Assembly (NCBI GenBank): GCA_022360715.1
Contig: JAKSCG010000237.1
Location: 34,232 to 98,231, forward strand
Source of the DNA: Halanaerobiales bacterium
GTDB lineage: Bacteria > Bacillota > Halanaerobiia > Halanaerobiales > DTU029
Direction: 5' to 3'
DNA length: 64,000 bases
The notes beneath the pieces are model-generated. The model did not search any database, was not told where the DNA came from, and was given only the letters and a program-made list of their open reading frames with translations. Shown here piece after piece: positions 27,303-36,823 of this stretch (positions are counted from its first letter, which is position 1; each line of letters starts with the position of its first letter). The position numbers and the translations under genes are program-made.

Positions 27303-27365
27303 TTAATCCCTCCTTGAACAAATCATGATAAGTGGGCTATATTGCTATAGCCCACTTACTATTTT

Positions 27366-28403
27366 TTAGTAACTATATACTTTTCTTTCCGCTTCGTCAG
27401 CAGCTTCCAGAATAGTTTCTACCCATTCTTCCCCAAATTTTCCCACAAAGTATGCAATCAGCTTTTCTTGTGATAAATTTTTAAACTGTTCCCGTTGGGC
27501 TGCGGTCGGCGAATATATTTCCATCCCTTGTTCCTTTAAATGGGCTATACCAGTTACCTCGGCAATTGTATTCACTCCCCGTGCCGCGACTTTCGCTGCC
27601 TCGGCTGCACTAATTAAAATATCTTGATAATTTTTAGGAAAACTATTAAAGGCTTGACTATTCATTACCAAATAATTCGGTCCATATAAATGTCCGGTTA
27701 AGGTTAAATAATCTTGAACTTCATACATTTTAAAAGATACCATGGCACTAACCGGATTGAAGTGTCCATCAACCAGTCCGGTTTGGAGAGAAGTATACAA
27801 TTCAGTAAAAGGCATCGGGGTTGCCGCCCCTCCAATCGATCTAATAAAGGTTATATGGCCATCATGCTGCATTGTCCTTATTTTTAGCCCCTTTAAATCT
27901 TCTGGAGAGGGTACCGGTCGCTTATTTGTGGCAAAATGCAAAAAGCCCCCGACTTCGCCAATCGCTAATACTTTCAGTCCCACTTCATCATTTAATCTCT
28001 GCTTTAGAATTTCTCCATAAGGACCGTCAAACATTTCTCGAGCTACCGGAATACTTCTAAACAAAAACGGAATGGCATTAGCTTCAATCGGCGGAAACCA
28101 TCGGCTCAAAGACCCTTCATTGGCCAGTGTTCCTTGAATTATGTTTTGCGTAACTGATTCTAACATATCAACATCACTACCTAATTGGGCACCAGGATAC
28201 AATTGTACTTTAACTTTCCCTTCGGTTTGTGCTTCAACTAATGTTTTAAATACGAAGGCCATTGTATGCTCATAATCTTTATGAATATCGGTACCACCTA
28301 AATAACCTAATTTGATTGTATAAGTCTTATCTGCGGCCATGGTTGAAAATCCACTCAAAATTACTAATGAGATCGCTAAAATTAAAACTAAAAACTTTTT
28401 CAT
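27366..28403 (-). CDS. dctP: TRAP transporter substrate-binding protein (DctP family)
   Basis: 345 aa with a signal peptide. It precedes the dctQM genes. Confidence 0.8.
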   Translation of the reverse strand: MKKFLVLILAISLVILSGFSTMAADKTYTIKLGYLGGTDIHKDYEHTMAFVFKTLVEAQTEGKVKVQLYPGAQLGSDVDMLESVTQNIIQGTLANEGSLSRWFPPIEANAIPFLFRSIPVAREMFDGPYGEILKQRLNDEVGLKVLAIGEVGGFLHFATNKRPVPSPEDLKGLKIRTMQHDGHITFIRSIGGAATPMPFTELYTSLQTGLVDGHFNPVSAMVSFKMYEVQDYLTLTGHLYGPNYLVMNSQAFNSFPKNYQDILISAAEAAKVAARGVNTIAEVTGIAHLKEQGMEIYSPTAAQREQFKNLSQEKLIAYFVGKFGEEWVETILEAADEAERKVYSY

Positions 28404-28487
28404 GGTAAATTTATCTCCTTCCAGATTTTATGTTTTTTTTAACTCTTTAACCGGCCAAATACTTAAGTTATCATCCCCCTTCGGTTA

Positions 28488-28949
28488 TTATGTTTTAACT
28501 TCGACCACCATTTCGATCTCTACTGGAGTATTAAATGGTAACTCATTAGCAGACAGGGCACAGCGAGAATGTTTTCCTTTTTCCCCAAAAAGCTGAACTA
28601 AAAATTCGGATGCACCATTAATAACCATTGGTTGCCGAACAAAGCCGGGAGCACTATTAACAAAACCTCGCAGATTAACCACTTGAACAAGATCATCTAA
28701 ATCAGCAATTGCACTTTTCAAGACAGCCAGACAGCGAATTACGGCAATTTTGGCTGCTTGATAGCCTTGTTCTTCCGTAACCTCAGCCCCAACTTTACCT
28801 TCATACTTTAATTCTCCGTTAATCCTACAATCCTGTCCAGAAATATAGATTAAATTCCCGGTTTTACGATAAGGGAGATATTCCGCAACCGGTTCTGGTA
28901 CTGGGGGGAGTTCTATCCCCAGTTTTCTAAGTTTTTCCTCTACAAGCAT
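28488..28949 (-). CDS. RidA/YjgF/UK114-family protein (enamine/imine deaminase-like)
   Basis: 153 aa. The pattern ...LIYISGQ...GKVG...AAKIAVIRCLAVLK...VNLRGFVNS...ANELPFNTPVEIEMV matches the YjgF fold family. Confidence 0.7.
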   Translation of the reverse strand: MLVEEKLRKLGIELPPVPEPVAEYLPYRKTGNLIYISGQDCRINGELKYEGKVGAEVTEEQGYQAAKIAVIRCLAVLKSAIADLDDLVQVVNLRGFVNSAPGFVRQPMVINGASEFLVQLFGEKGKHSRCALSANELPFNTPVEIEMVVEVKT

Positions 28950-28951
28950 TA

Positions 28952-30052
28952 TTACTCCTCCTTCTTTATAGTTAGATTATTATTTAAGTCAGTAAGCTGA
29001 CTAATGAGCTTTAATTCTTCTTGAGCAAGGATAGCAATATTTTTTAAACCGTGGCCGGTGACTAACACAACTACTTTATCGGCTGGTTTAATGACCCCTT
29101 TATCCACTAATTGCTTAACTCCGCCAAGACCAACCGCCCCGGCCGGTTCGGCAAATATTCCCTCCTCTTTAGCTAAACTGTGGATTGATTCCAGGATAGC
29201 TTCTTCCTGTAACTTAACTCCATACCCTTTACTTTGGTAAATTGCTTCTAAAGTCAAAGACCCGTCATTTTCATAACCGATTAAGGGATCATTGATTCCC
29301 GAAGCAATAGTGGGTATTTCTTTTGTCCATCCCTTTACCTCCCGTTGATTTTTCTCAAAAGCTTCAACTATCGGCGAACACCTTGCTGCTTGAACTCCTA
29401 CCATTCTAGGATATTTATCTATTTTACCCATCATTTTTAACTCTTTAAAACCCTTTAGCGTGCCATATAATAAAGGACCTGCCCCGATCGGGACAAAGAT
29501 GAAATCAGGAACACCGATTTGTTCAAACAATTCATAAGCAACCACTTTATTCCCTTCCACAGTATAGGGATTAAGATATGTTGTCGTTACGTTGTACCAA
29601 CCGTATTTGCTGGTTGCCTCCATTGCTAAGCGGAAGGCATTACTGTAATGGCCTTTAACTTTAAATACCTCGGCTTGATAAACCCTAGCTTGAACTAATT
29701 TTTCCTTTGGAGTAGACTCAGGGACAAAGACGATACAGCGCATATTCCCTTTCGCCGCATAAGCTGCAGCAGAAGAGGAGGCATTACCGGAAGAAGCAAT
29801 TACAATTGTATCAATACCAAATTCTTTGGCCTTACTAATCCCCACAGAATTCGGTCGGTCTTTAAAACTACCGGTAGTATTGCGGGCATAGTCCTTTATA
29901 TACAAATTGTCCAAACCTAGCTGCTTTTCTAAATTCTTTGCTTCCAATAAAGGTGAAATACTCTCACCCAATGAGACAACATTGTTGCGCTCTTCGATCG
30001 GTAAAAAATCTATATAATCCCACATTTCTTTAGGATTCGGCGGCAGTTTCAT
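28952..30052 (-). CDS. Threonine-synthase-like PLP enzyme (fold type II); the true 5' end is probably upstream, see findings
   Basis: PLP-lysine motif TTGSFKDRPNS and a Gly-rich loop (VTGHGLK). The frame stays open upstream to 30190 and encodes a ThrC-type zinc ribbon (RCLSC...KCQCGGILEVIYDY), but there is no ATG/GTG/TTG in that stretch. Confidence 0.75.
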   Translation of the reverse strand: MKLPPNPKEMWDYIDFLPIEERNNVVSLGESISPLLEAKNLEKQLGLDNLYIKDYARNTTGSFKDRPNSVGISKAKEFGIDTIVIASSGNASSSAAAYAAKGNMRCIVFVPESTPKEKLVQARVYQAEVFKVKGHYSNAFRLAMEATSKYGWYNVTTTYLNPYTVEGNKVVAYELFEQIGVPDFIFVPIGAGPLLYGTLKGFKELKMMGKIDKYPRMVGVQAARCSPIVEAFEKNQREVKGWTKEIPTIASGINDPLIGYENDGSLTLEAIYQSKGYGVKLQEEAILESIHSLAKEEGIFAEPAGAVGLGGVKQLVDKGVIKPADKVVVLVTGHGLKNIAILAQEELKLISQLTDLNNNLTIKKEE

Positions 30053-30311
30053 CCCTTGATAATCATAAATAACCTCTAGAATCCCGCCACATTGACACTT
30101 TAGATAATTATCCAGCAGAAATTGCTTGGCACAGCTTAAACATCTTAAATTTATTGCTTGGATAGCAATCGCCCCCCCATGATAGATTGATTAGTCTTTT
30201 GTTTCGTTATACAAAACACTATTTTGTTTTTATTAATATATATATACTAGCTAAATACAAAAATCCCTTTTTTTTAACTTAATTTTATTAAAAACACTTT
30301 TTTTTGATTAT

Positions 30312-31466
30312 TTATTTAATCGGTTTCCCTTGCCTGAGCCAATCATACTCAATTAAACGTCTGGCGATCCTCCACCACCGGCTGGCCGGTAAAAAATAGT
30401 AGGCCGGATCTTTTTGGTGATAGAAATTACTGAAGGCCGGTTTTACCTGCCCGGCCCCGACATCAAAAAAACAACTGGCATATCCCTTGTACTTTTTGTC
30501 CGGAAGACTCCCGGTAGCTAATGCCAATACATTGGAAATAATAATATTTTTTTGCAGGGTAGTGACTGCTCCCATCATCGGGAGGTATTTACCGGAAGGG
30601 GTTTTAATGATCGTAGAATCACCCATGGCAAAGAGGTCGTTAGCGGCATATAAGTATTGGGGATCAACCGGCATCCACCCGGATTCATCCCCTAACTCAC
30701 TATTCCGAATAACCGTCTGTCCCTTATATACCGGGGCATATAAGAGGAGGTCATAAGGTGCAGTAAAACCGGTAAACTTTAGTTTTTGGGCGGCCGGATC
30801 AATACTCTCAAACTGGGAAGCAGTCTTCACCCTGATCTGATGCCGGTCCAGTTCCTTACTGATACACTTATTTAAATCATTGGAAACCTCAATTAACGGT
30901 CTTTCCAGGGGGGTATAGATCGTTAATTGATATTGACCTTTTAACCCCTTTTTGATCAGTAAGCTATTTAAGAGAATTGCCGCCTCATAAAGAGCTGTTG
31001 GGCAGAGGTCAGGCAATGAGGTTTTAACAATGGCTATTTCTCCCCCAGTAAAAATGTTTAGTCCCGCACAGAGCCCTTTAATCCCCTCCAGGGTATGCAG
31101 ATTATGGCCAACTCCGGTCAAATCGGGGAAAACCGCGGGGTCAGCCTCAGTCCCGGTAGCCACTACCAGGATATCATAGGTAATCGGTTCCCTATTTTTC
31201 AAGATAATTTTTTTGGTAACCGGTTTAATTTCCAGTGCCTCATCGTGGATAAATTCCAGGCCGGGAGGAAATACTCCTGCCAGGTTCCGGTAGATATCCC
31301 GTTCTTTCCTCTCGCCAATCATTAACCAATAAAGGGAAGGTTGAAAGTACTGTCGTAACCTCTTTTCAATTAAAATCACCTGATTACCGGCCGGTAATTT
31401 CTGGCGAATCTTTTTGGCCACAACCAAGCCACCTATTCCAGCTCCAAGTACAACTACTTTAACCAC
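30312..31466 (-). CDS. FAD-dependent pyridine-nucleotide-disulfide oxidoreductase (SQR/NDH-2-like)
   Basis: GTG start with AAGGGGG 8 nt upstream. N-terminal KVVVLGAGIGG dinucleotide fold. A second Rossmann segment (EIAIVKT). C-terminal FAMGDS motif. Confidence 0.7.
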   Translation of the reverse strand: MVKVVVLGAGIGGLVVAKKIRQKLPAGNQVILIEKRLRQYFQPSLYWLMIGERKERDIYRNLAGVFPPGLEFIHDEALEIKPVTKKIILKNREPITYDILVVATGTEADPAVFPDLTGVGHNLHTLEGIKGLCAGLNIFTGGEIAIVKTSLPDLCPTALYEAAILLNSLLIKKGLKGQYQLTIYTPLERPLIEVSNDLNKCISKELDRHQIRVKTASQFESIDPAAQKLKFTGFTAPYDLLLYAPVYKGQTVIRNSELGDESGWMPVDPQYLYAANDLFAMGDSTIIKTPSGKYLPMMGAVTTLQKNIIISNVLALATGSLPDKKYKGYASCFFDVGAGQVKPAFSNFYHQKDPAYYFLPASRWWRIARRLIEYDWLRQGKPIK

Positions 31467-31572
31467 CTGGCTAGCCCCCTTTGGACAAATAAAATTTAAG
31501 CTTAGTTTTTCACTAACCCGGCTCTTCTATACCGAATTATTCGGCCGATCGAAGTATTCCTTTGAGCAAAAC

Positions 31573-31608
31573 AAAAAAAGCACTATGAAAAAAACGCTTC
31601 CATAGTGC
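31573..31608 (-). terminator. Terminator closing the GbsR/ArsA/ABC/LolA-like/OMP gene string
   Basis: The minus strand reads GCACUAUG-(13-nt loop)-CAUAGUGC followed by U7. The arms are at 31601..31608 and 31580..31587, about 22 nt after the stop at 31631. Confidence 0.6.
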
Positions 31609-31630
31609 CGATAGTGCTTAAAGATTATAT

Positions 31631-32728
31631 TTAAAAAGAATAACTTAAGGCTGTCTCTATCCCCCCAATCCTTTTTTCATCTGCACTGGCTAATATTTTA
31701 TCTGGGTCTCCCAGTTGGTAAAACCCACTCAAGTTTAGACTTAAATTACTCCCCAGGTCGACCTGATAACTGGGTTGAAGAACCATACTGCCATCGTCCA
31801 AACTGCTGATTACGGTAAAATTTAGAGCCGAAAAATCATCAAGGGGATAGTTAATATTTCCAATCAAAAAGTTAAGGTATTCTCCGGCCGGTATTACTCC
31901 GCTCAACAATTCCCCTTTTTCCAAAACCAGGTATTCCAGCTGGGCGGTAATCAATTGATCATAGTGATAGGTATAGCTATAATCACCGCCTAAAAGTAGG
32001 ACTAGATTACCCTGTTCCCTTTGATCCCAATGATAGTAGCCCAAGGCACTATAAACTCCCAATGGGCCGAGATCCCCCTTGGCTGTTAGCCCGGCTCTGG
32101 TACAGGTCAGTACTTCTCCGGCAACCTGATCGGTCGCATGATTCATTAAGCCGTTTAGTTCGGTCAGATTAATTGCCGGTTCACGGATCAAGCTGGCAGT
32201 CAGGTCATAACCTTTATATCCGGCCCGACCCCTGATCCCCCATTTAATTTTACCTGTTCCACTAAAATTGGAAGCAACCAACGCTAAATTGGAGTTCCAG
32301 TTTAGTGGAACGTAAAGGGCCACCGCATCCTGATATTTCCCGATAGTTTCTTGCTTGATCGCTTCTGCTCCCAGGCTGTAATCAACCGGGTTGAGCATTG
32401 AGCCAAAAGACCATGAGATCGGCTGGCGCCCCACCGTTAAATAAAATTGATCAAACTTTCGCTTTAAATATAGTTTCTGAAAGCTGATTCTCTCCCCGTT
32501 CAACAGCTCCGGATTATAAATCTTCAATTCCACTTTAGCATCGGTATCCCCAAACCTTGGGATTAATAATTCCAGCTGCAAGGTTTCCTGAAGCAGACTC
32601 TTAATCTCTCCTTGATAAATAGTACTGATCAGGTTAGCTTTAATCTCCCCTCCTATTTCGACCTGGGCGGAGACCGGAAGTACTATTAACAGAATTAAGA
32701 GTATTAGGCAAAAGATTTTTTGTGACAT
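31631..32728 (-). CDS. Putative outer-membrane beta-barrel protein (DUF1302-like; copy 2)
   Basis: Signal peptide (...PVSA|QVE). LTVGRQPISWSFGSMLNPVDYS motif. Amphipathic strands. Ends ...ETALSYSF. Paralog of the 21736..22890 product. Confidence 0.55.
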   Translation of the reverse strand: MSQKIFCLILLILLIVLPVSAQVEIGGEIKANLISTIYQGEIKSLLQETLQLELLIPRFGDTDAKVELKIYNPELLNGERISFQKLYLKRKFDQFYLTVGRQPISWSFGSMLNPVDYSLGAEAIKQETIGKYQDAVALYVPLNWNSNLALVASNFSGTGKIKWGIRGRAGYKGYDLTASLIREPAINLTELNGLMNHATDQVAGEVLTCTRAGLTAKGDLGPLGVYSALGYYHWDQREQGNLVLLLGGDYSYTYHYDQLITAQLEYLVLEKGELLSGVIPAGEYLNFLIGNINYPLDDFSALNFTVISSLDDGSMVLQPSYQVDLGSNLSLNLSGFYQLGDPDKILASADEKRIGGIETALSYSF

Positions 32729-32743
32729 AGCAATTCCCCCTCT

Positions 32744-33496
32744 TTATGACTGTAAACTCTCCAGGGTAAAGACCCCTTCCGCTATTTCCGGGTTAAACTC
32801 AATTGATAAGAGCTTAAACTCGGTCCGGGTATTTTCCCGCAGTTTATTCTCCATGACTGATTCGATTGGTATCCAGCGTTGATCGATCTGTTCAATCTTA
32901 TTGACCATACTTACCTTTAACAGACGGCCACTCCGGGCATATAGTTCTTCCTTTAATCCGACAAACCGCTCTTGATCAACCCAGATTACCCGGCGGTAAT
33001 ATGATACTTCTTTCCCTTCCCGGGCAATTCCTTCTAAGACATAACAGAGCCTCCCGTCTAATTCCTCTTCCTGTAGTATTTTAAATTGGTACAACTCGGT
33101 CAACTGATCTGATTCCATCATGTCCTGGTATGAGAAATCGCTGCCCATCATTGACTGATTGAGCATATGCCCGGAGATTTTTACTACATCCTCTGCTTCC
33201 GGGAAGAACATCCAGAGATCTTCCCCCCGTTTTAAGAACTTGGTACCCCGGTCCCGGGGATTAGTGAATTCGGTCAGGGCATTTTGATCATCACTGAGTG
33301 AACGCAAAGTCTTGGTCATCTTTCTCCCACCATTAACAATAATCATCTCTGCTTCGATTCTGGCTGAAATAATATATTCATTTTTATCCCGATAATTAAT
33401 TATTTCTTCCGCGGTAATTGCCGTTACTATCCCGGATAACCCAGTAATCAACAGTAAACTCAACAGCAAAATACCAACAATTGTGTTCTTTTTCAT
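32744..33496 (-). CDS. LolA-like 'outer membrane lipoprotein-sorting' family protein (copy 2)
   Basis: Signal peptide. Paralog of the 20929..21723 product with shared GSDxSYxD core and overall length. Confidence 0.6.
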   Translation of the reverse strand: MKKNTIVGILLLSLLLITGLSGIVTAITAEEIINYRDKNEYIISARIEAEMIIVNGGRKMTKTLRSLSDDQNALTEFTNPRDRGTKFLKRGEDLWMFFPEAEDVVKISGHMLNQSMMGSDFSYQDMMESDQLTELYQFKILQEEELDGRLCYVLEGIAREGKEVSYYRRVIWVDQERFVGLKEELYARSGRLLKVSMVNKIEQIDQRWIPIESVMENKLRENTRTEFKLLSIEFNPEIAEGVFTLESLQS

Positions 33497-33526
33497 GCTT
33501 AATCCCCTTTCAATATGTTTTTCAAG

Positions 33527-34783
33527 CTACAGATCCCGCAAAGCCTCGGACGGTTCCAGTCTCGCCGCCCGGCGAGCCGGAAAAATACAGGCAATAGCCG
33601 TAACTACTACCCCCAGAATAAAGGCAAAAACCATGTGGTCGACCGAAAAACTGGGGAAAATAATCGGGTCAATTAAAAATCCTTCCATACCGGACATCGC
33701 TTGACTATAATCAATCCCATGGACTGATAAAAAGCGGGTAATCATCCCCCCGAACAATGAACCAAGCAGACTGCCGATTATTCCCATTACCGCACCTTCC
33801 ATCACAATAAGTTTCAGGATATCTCTGCCCTGCAACCCGAGGGCGGCCATCATACCGATCTCCTGCGTCCTCTCTTTAACAATCATCACCATCGTATTAA
33901 TGACCACTATGCTGGAAAGGAGTACCAGGAAAATGTAAATTAAGTCATAGATCTTGAGGGCAAGATCCATATAGGCCAAAAACTCATTGGCTTCCTGCCA
34001 GGTCAGGACAGAATACCGGCTGAGGGCATTCTTTGCGCTAAATAGTCGTTCGACCGCCGGGAAAAAAACATCGGCCTGGTTAGCATTAGGTGTAATCAAT
34101 AATAACTCGGTAACCTGGTCGGGCATTTCCAATAAATGCTGGGCCAGGTCGAGCGGCAGGAAAAAAATTCGCTCATTGATTAGGGGCAGATTACTGCTAA
34201 TCACCCCGACAATTCTAAAAGTAACTCCTTTAAAGGAATTAAAGGAATCAGTATATAAAAGGGTTACTTTATCCCCCACCCTTTTGTTCAGCTTCTCCAT
34301 TAAACCGTTACCCAACACTATTTCTTTTTCCCCATTTTGAATCATTCTTCCGGCCACCAGTTTCTCTTCTATTTTGGTAAATCTGTCTTCAAGCACTGGG
34401 TCAACCCCCCAGCCCAGCATGGTTATCGCCTCGTGCTCAGTACTGGCCATTGCCCCAAATTTAATGCGGGGAACCACCAGCTCGATCCCTTCCAGCTCAG
34501 TTAGCTGGTCAGTCATTACCGCAACTCCCTCCCCGTTAAAACCATCAACCGGATAGTTTAAAGAAAGAAGGCGTTGCTTCAAACGGTACTCTTGATTGAC
34601 TATTTTAATATGCCCTGTTTCGTATTGGATATAGAGGGAAAAGGTTGAGTCGATAAAGCCCATTAGTAGCCCTCTGGTAAAGACAATCACCGCTACTGAG
34701 ATTGCAATGGCAATGATTGATACTATTGACCTTAATCGGTTGCGCAATAAATTCTTGGCCGCTAAATTCCATAAAAAGATCAT
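33527..34783 (-). CDS. FtsX/MacB/LolC-type ABC transporter permease
   Basis: N-terminal TM (NLLRNRLRS...), a ~230-aa periplasmic domain and three C-terminal TMs (FtsX domain), ending PARRAARLEPSEALRDL. Confidence 0.8.
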   Translation of the reverse strand: MIFLWNLAAKNLLRNRLRSIVSIIAIAISVAVIVFTRGLLMGFIDSTFSLYIQYETGHIKIVNQEYRLKQRLLSLNYPVDGFNGEGVAVMTDQLTELEGIELVVPRIKFGAMASTEHEAITMLGWGVDPVLEDRFTKIEEKLVAGRMIQNGEKEIVLGNGLMEKLNKRVGDKVTLLYTDSFNSFKGVTFRIVGVISSNLPLINERIFFLPLDLAQHLLEMPDQVTELLLITPNANQADVFFPAVERLFSAKNALSRYSVLTWQEANEFLAYMDLALKIYDLIYIFLVLLSSIVVINTMVMIVKERTQEIGMMAALGLQGRDILKLIVMEGAVMGIIGSLLGSLFGGMITRFLSVHGIDYSQAMSGMEGFLIDPIIFPSFSVDHMVFAFILGVVVTAIACIFPARRAARLEPSEALRDL

Positions 34784-34798
34784 CAGACCCCCTCCTTT

Positions 34799-36043
34799 TT
34801 AACGGTGATAGATTGCCTTAACCGGGTCTTTCCCGGCGGCCCAGCGGGCCGGCAGTATACTTGCTAAAACAGCCACCACCACCCCAAAGAGCGCAATAAA
34901 CAAAAATGCCCCCGGATTCCAACCACCATATATTTTATCAATAATCGGAATACCGATATCGATCTCCCCCATGCCGAAAGCACTGAGGGCAATACCGAAT
35001 CGATTAAAGAAGGCTACGCTCACCCCGCCCAGGAAACAACCAATTAAACTACCGATCACGCCAATCCCCAGTGCTTCTATCATAAAAGCCAGGATAATCT
35101 CCCCTTCTTTTAAGCCCAGGGCCTTCATCATCCCTATTTCTTCTGTCCGTTCGATCGCCGAAAGAATAGTGGTATTAATGATTCCCACCGCAGCAATCAG
35201 AATAATAATCCCCAGAATAATTATATTTTCAATCTGAGATGCTTCCATCATCGCCAAAATTGATTGGGCTGATGCCTGCCAGGGATAAGCCCTTAAATCA
35301 GGATTAATTTTTGCTACCTTTTCGGTCAGCTGTCTGGCCGCAGTTGGCATTTCCCCTTGGTCTCCCCTAAACCGGATCACCAGCTGACTGACTTCATCAC
35401 CCAGATTGAGTGATTGCTGGGCGAGATCCAAGGGGACAAAAACAATATTATTATTGACATTGGGATTGGGGGTACTAATTAAACCGCTAATCTCCACATC
35501 AATTGTATTAAAAGTCCTTTCTCGGCTTCTAACCAACAAAGTTAAGTAATCTCCGACCTTCAGATCCATCAATTCCGCCAAACTCTGACCGAGGACCGCC
35601 TTCTCCTCCCCGGCTTTAAAGAACGAACCCTTGACAAAGTAATCACCGGTAGTAAAGACCTGATGATAGGTATTCGGCTCAATCCCCAGACCTAGCACCG
35701 GTAGTTCTTCAACCCCGTTGTTTAAATTGGCGTTGAACCTAAGTAACGGCGACATGCCCTGCAAGTTAGCCAGAGCTTTGATCTCTTCTGCCAGTTGGCC
35801 GTCTTTAACGAGCAGTTGGTCAAGCGGGTTCTTATCCTTCTCCTCCCAGTATTGCTCGGTCATCACCTGGAGATGCCCGGTCTCCAGATTAATGATGTTT
35901 TGATAAGACAACTCGGCAATCCCGATCATGATTGAATCAGTAACCAGATAAATTAAAATTGCCAGTGAGATTATAATCGCCGTAATTAGCGTCCTCTTTT
36001 TATGACGAAAGACATTCCTGAACCCCAGTTTAGCTATAAACAC
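34799..36043 (-). CDS. FtsX/MacB/LolE-type ABC transporter permease
   Basis: Track ORF runs to 36094, which would overlap the ATPase gene by 65 nt. GTG at 36043 has GGGGGAG 7 nt upstream and gives [18 protein letters not shown]..., the usual FtsX N-terminus. Same topology as its neighbour. Ends PARWAAGKDPVKAIYHR. Confidence 0.8.
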   Translation of the reverse strand: MFIAKLGFRNVFRHKKRTLITAIIISLAILIYLVTDSIMIGIAELSYQNIINLETGHLQVMTEQYWEEKDKNPLDQLLVKDGQLAEEIKALANLQGMSPLLRFNANLNNGVEELPVLGLGIEPNTYHQVFTTGDYFVKGSFFKAGEEKAVLGQSLAELMDLKVGDYLTLLVRSRERTFNTIDVEISGLISTPNPNVNNNIVFVPLDLAQQSLNLGDEVSQLVIRFRGDQGEMPTAARQLTEKVAKINPDLRAYPWQASAQSILAMMEASQIENIIILGIIILIAAVGIINTTILSAIERTEEIGMMKALGLKEGEIILAFMIEALGIGVIGSLIGCFLGGVSVAFFNRFGIALSAFGMGEIDIGIPIIDKIYGGWNPGAFLFIALFGVVVAVLASILPARWAAGKDPVKAIYHR

Positions 36044-36740
36044 CGGCTTTCTCCCCCTTTTGATCAATCGAGACCTCTCCGTCCCTGATCTCAATTAATC
36101 TGCTCGCATATTCCATAACCTGGGGGTCATGGGTGGAAAAAATAAATGTTGTCTTCAACTGCTGGTTCATCTTAACCATAATCTCCAGGATCTCAATGCT
36201 GGTTTTGGAGTCCAGATTGGCCGTAGGTTCATCGGCCAGGATCAATTTCGGTTCTTTGACCAAGGCCCGGGCAATGGCTACTCTCTGCTTCTGTCCCCCC
36301 GATAATTCGTTGGGCCGTCGGTTTTCCAGCCCTTCCAGTCCCACTGCTGCCAAAATATTTAGGACTATTTGCCGCCGTTCTTTGTCATTACGGTTATTGA
36401 CCAAGCGGACAGCAAACTCGACATTCTCAAAAGCAGTCAGCACAGGAATCAAATTATAGCTCTGGAAGACAAAGCCGATATTATACCGTCGGATTAAGGC
36501 CAACTCTTTTTTTGAAATACCGCCCAACTCCCGCTGATCAAAAGTAATTTGACCTGCTGTCGGCTTATCCAGACAGCCGATCATATTAAGGAGGGTCGTC
36601 TTCCCTGATCCTGACGGACCAAAGATAGTTGTAAATTCACCTGTTTCCACCGTCAGGTCAATTCCTTTTAAAGCAGGTACTTCTATTTTACCCTGCTGAT
36701 AAATCTTTTCTACACCTTTAAGTTCAATTAAGGTCATCAT
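36030..36740 (-). CDS. ABC transporter ATP-binding protein (MacB/LolD type)
   Basis: Walker [10 protein letters not shown], signature [15 protein letters not shown], Walker B LILADEPT. Confidence 0.9.
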   Translation of the reverse strand: MMTLIELKGVEKIYQQGKIEVPALKGIDLTVETGEFTTIFGPSGSGKTTLLNMIGCLDKPTAGQITFDQRELGGISKKELALIRRYNIGFVFQSYNLIPVLTAFENVEFAVRLVNNRNDKERRQIVLNILAAVGLEGLENRRPNELSGGQKQRVAIARALVKEPKLILADEPTANLDSKTSIEILEIMVKMNQQLKTTFIFSTHDPQVMEYASRLIEIRDGEVSIDQKGEKAGVYS

Positions 36741-36823
36741 TCTTTCCCCCTTATCATTAAATCCCTTAATCTGATCTGATCTCTGTGGCCGCCATTATCT
36801 GCCCCCCGGAGTCGCCAAAAGAG

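Noticed and set aside
36044-36094. Long N-terminal extension of the FtsX permease (track start 36094) overlapping the ATPase gene by 65 nt.
   Set aside because: An internal GTG at 36043 has a strong GGGGGAG SD and yields the typical FtsX N-terminus. The extension is Arg/Lys-rich with no TM or other motif.
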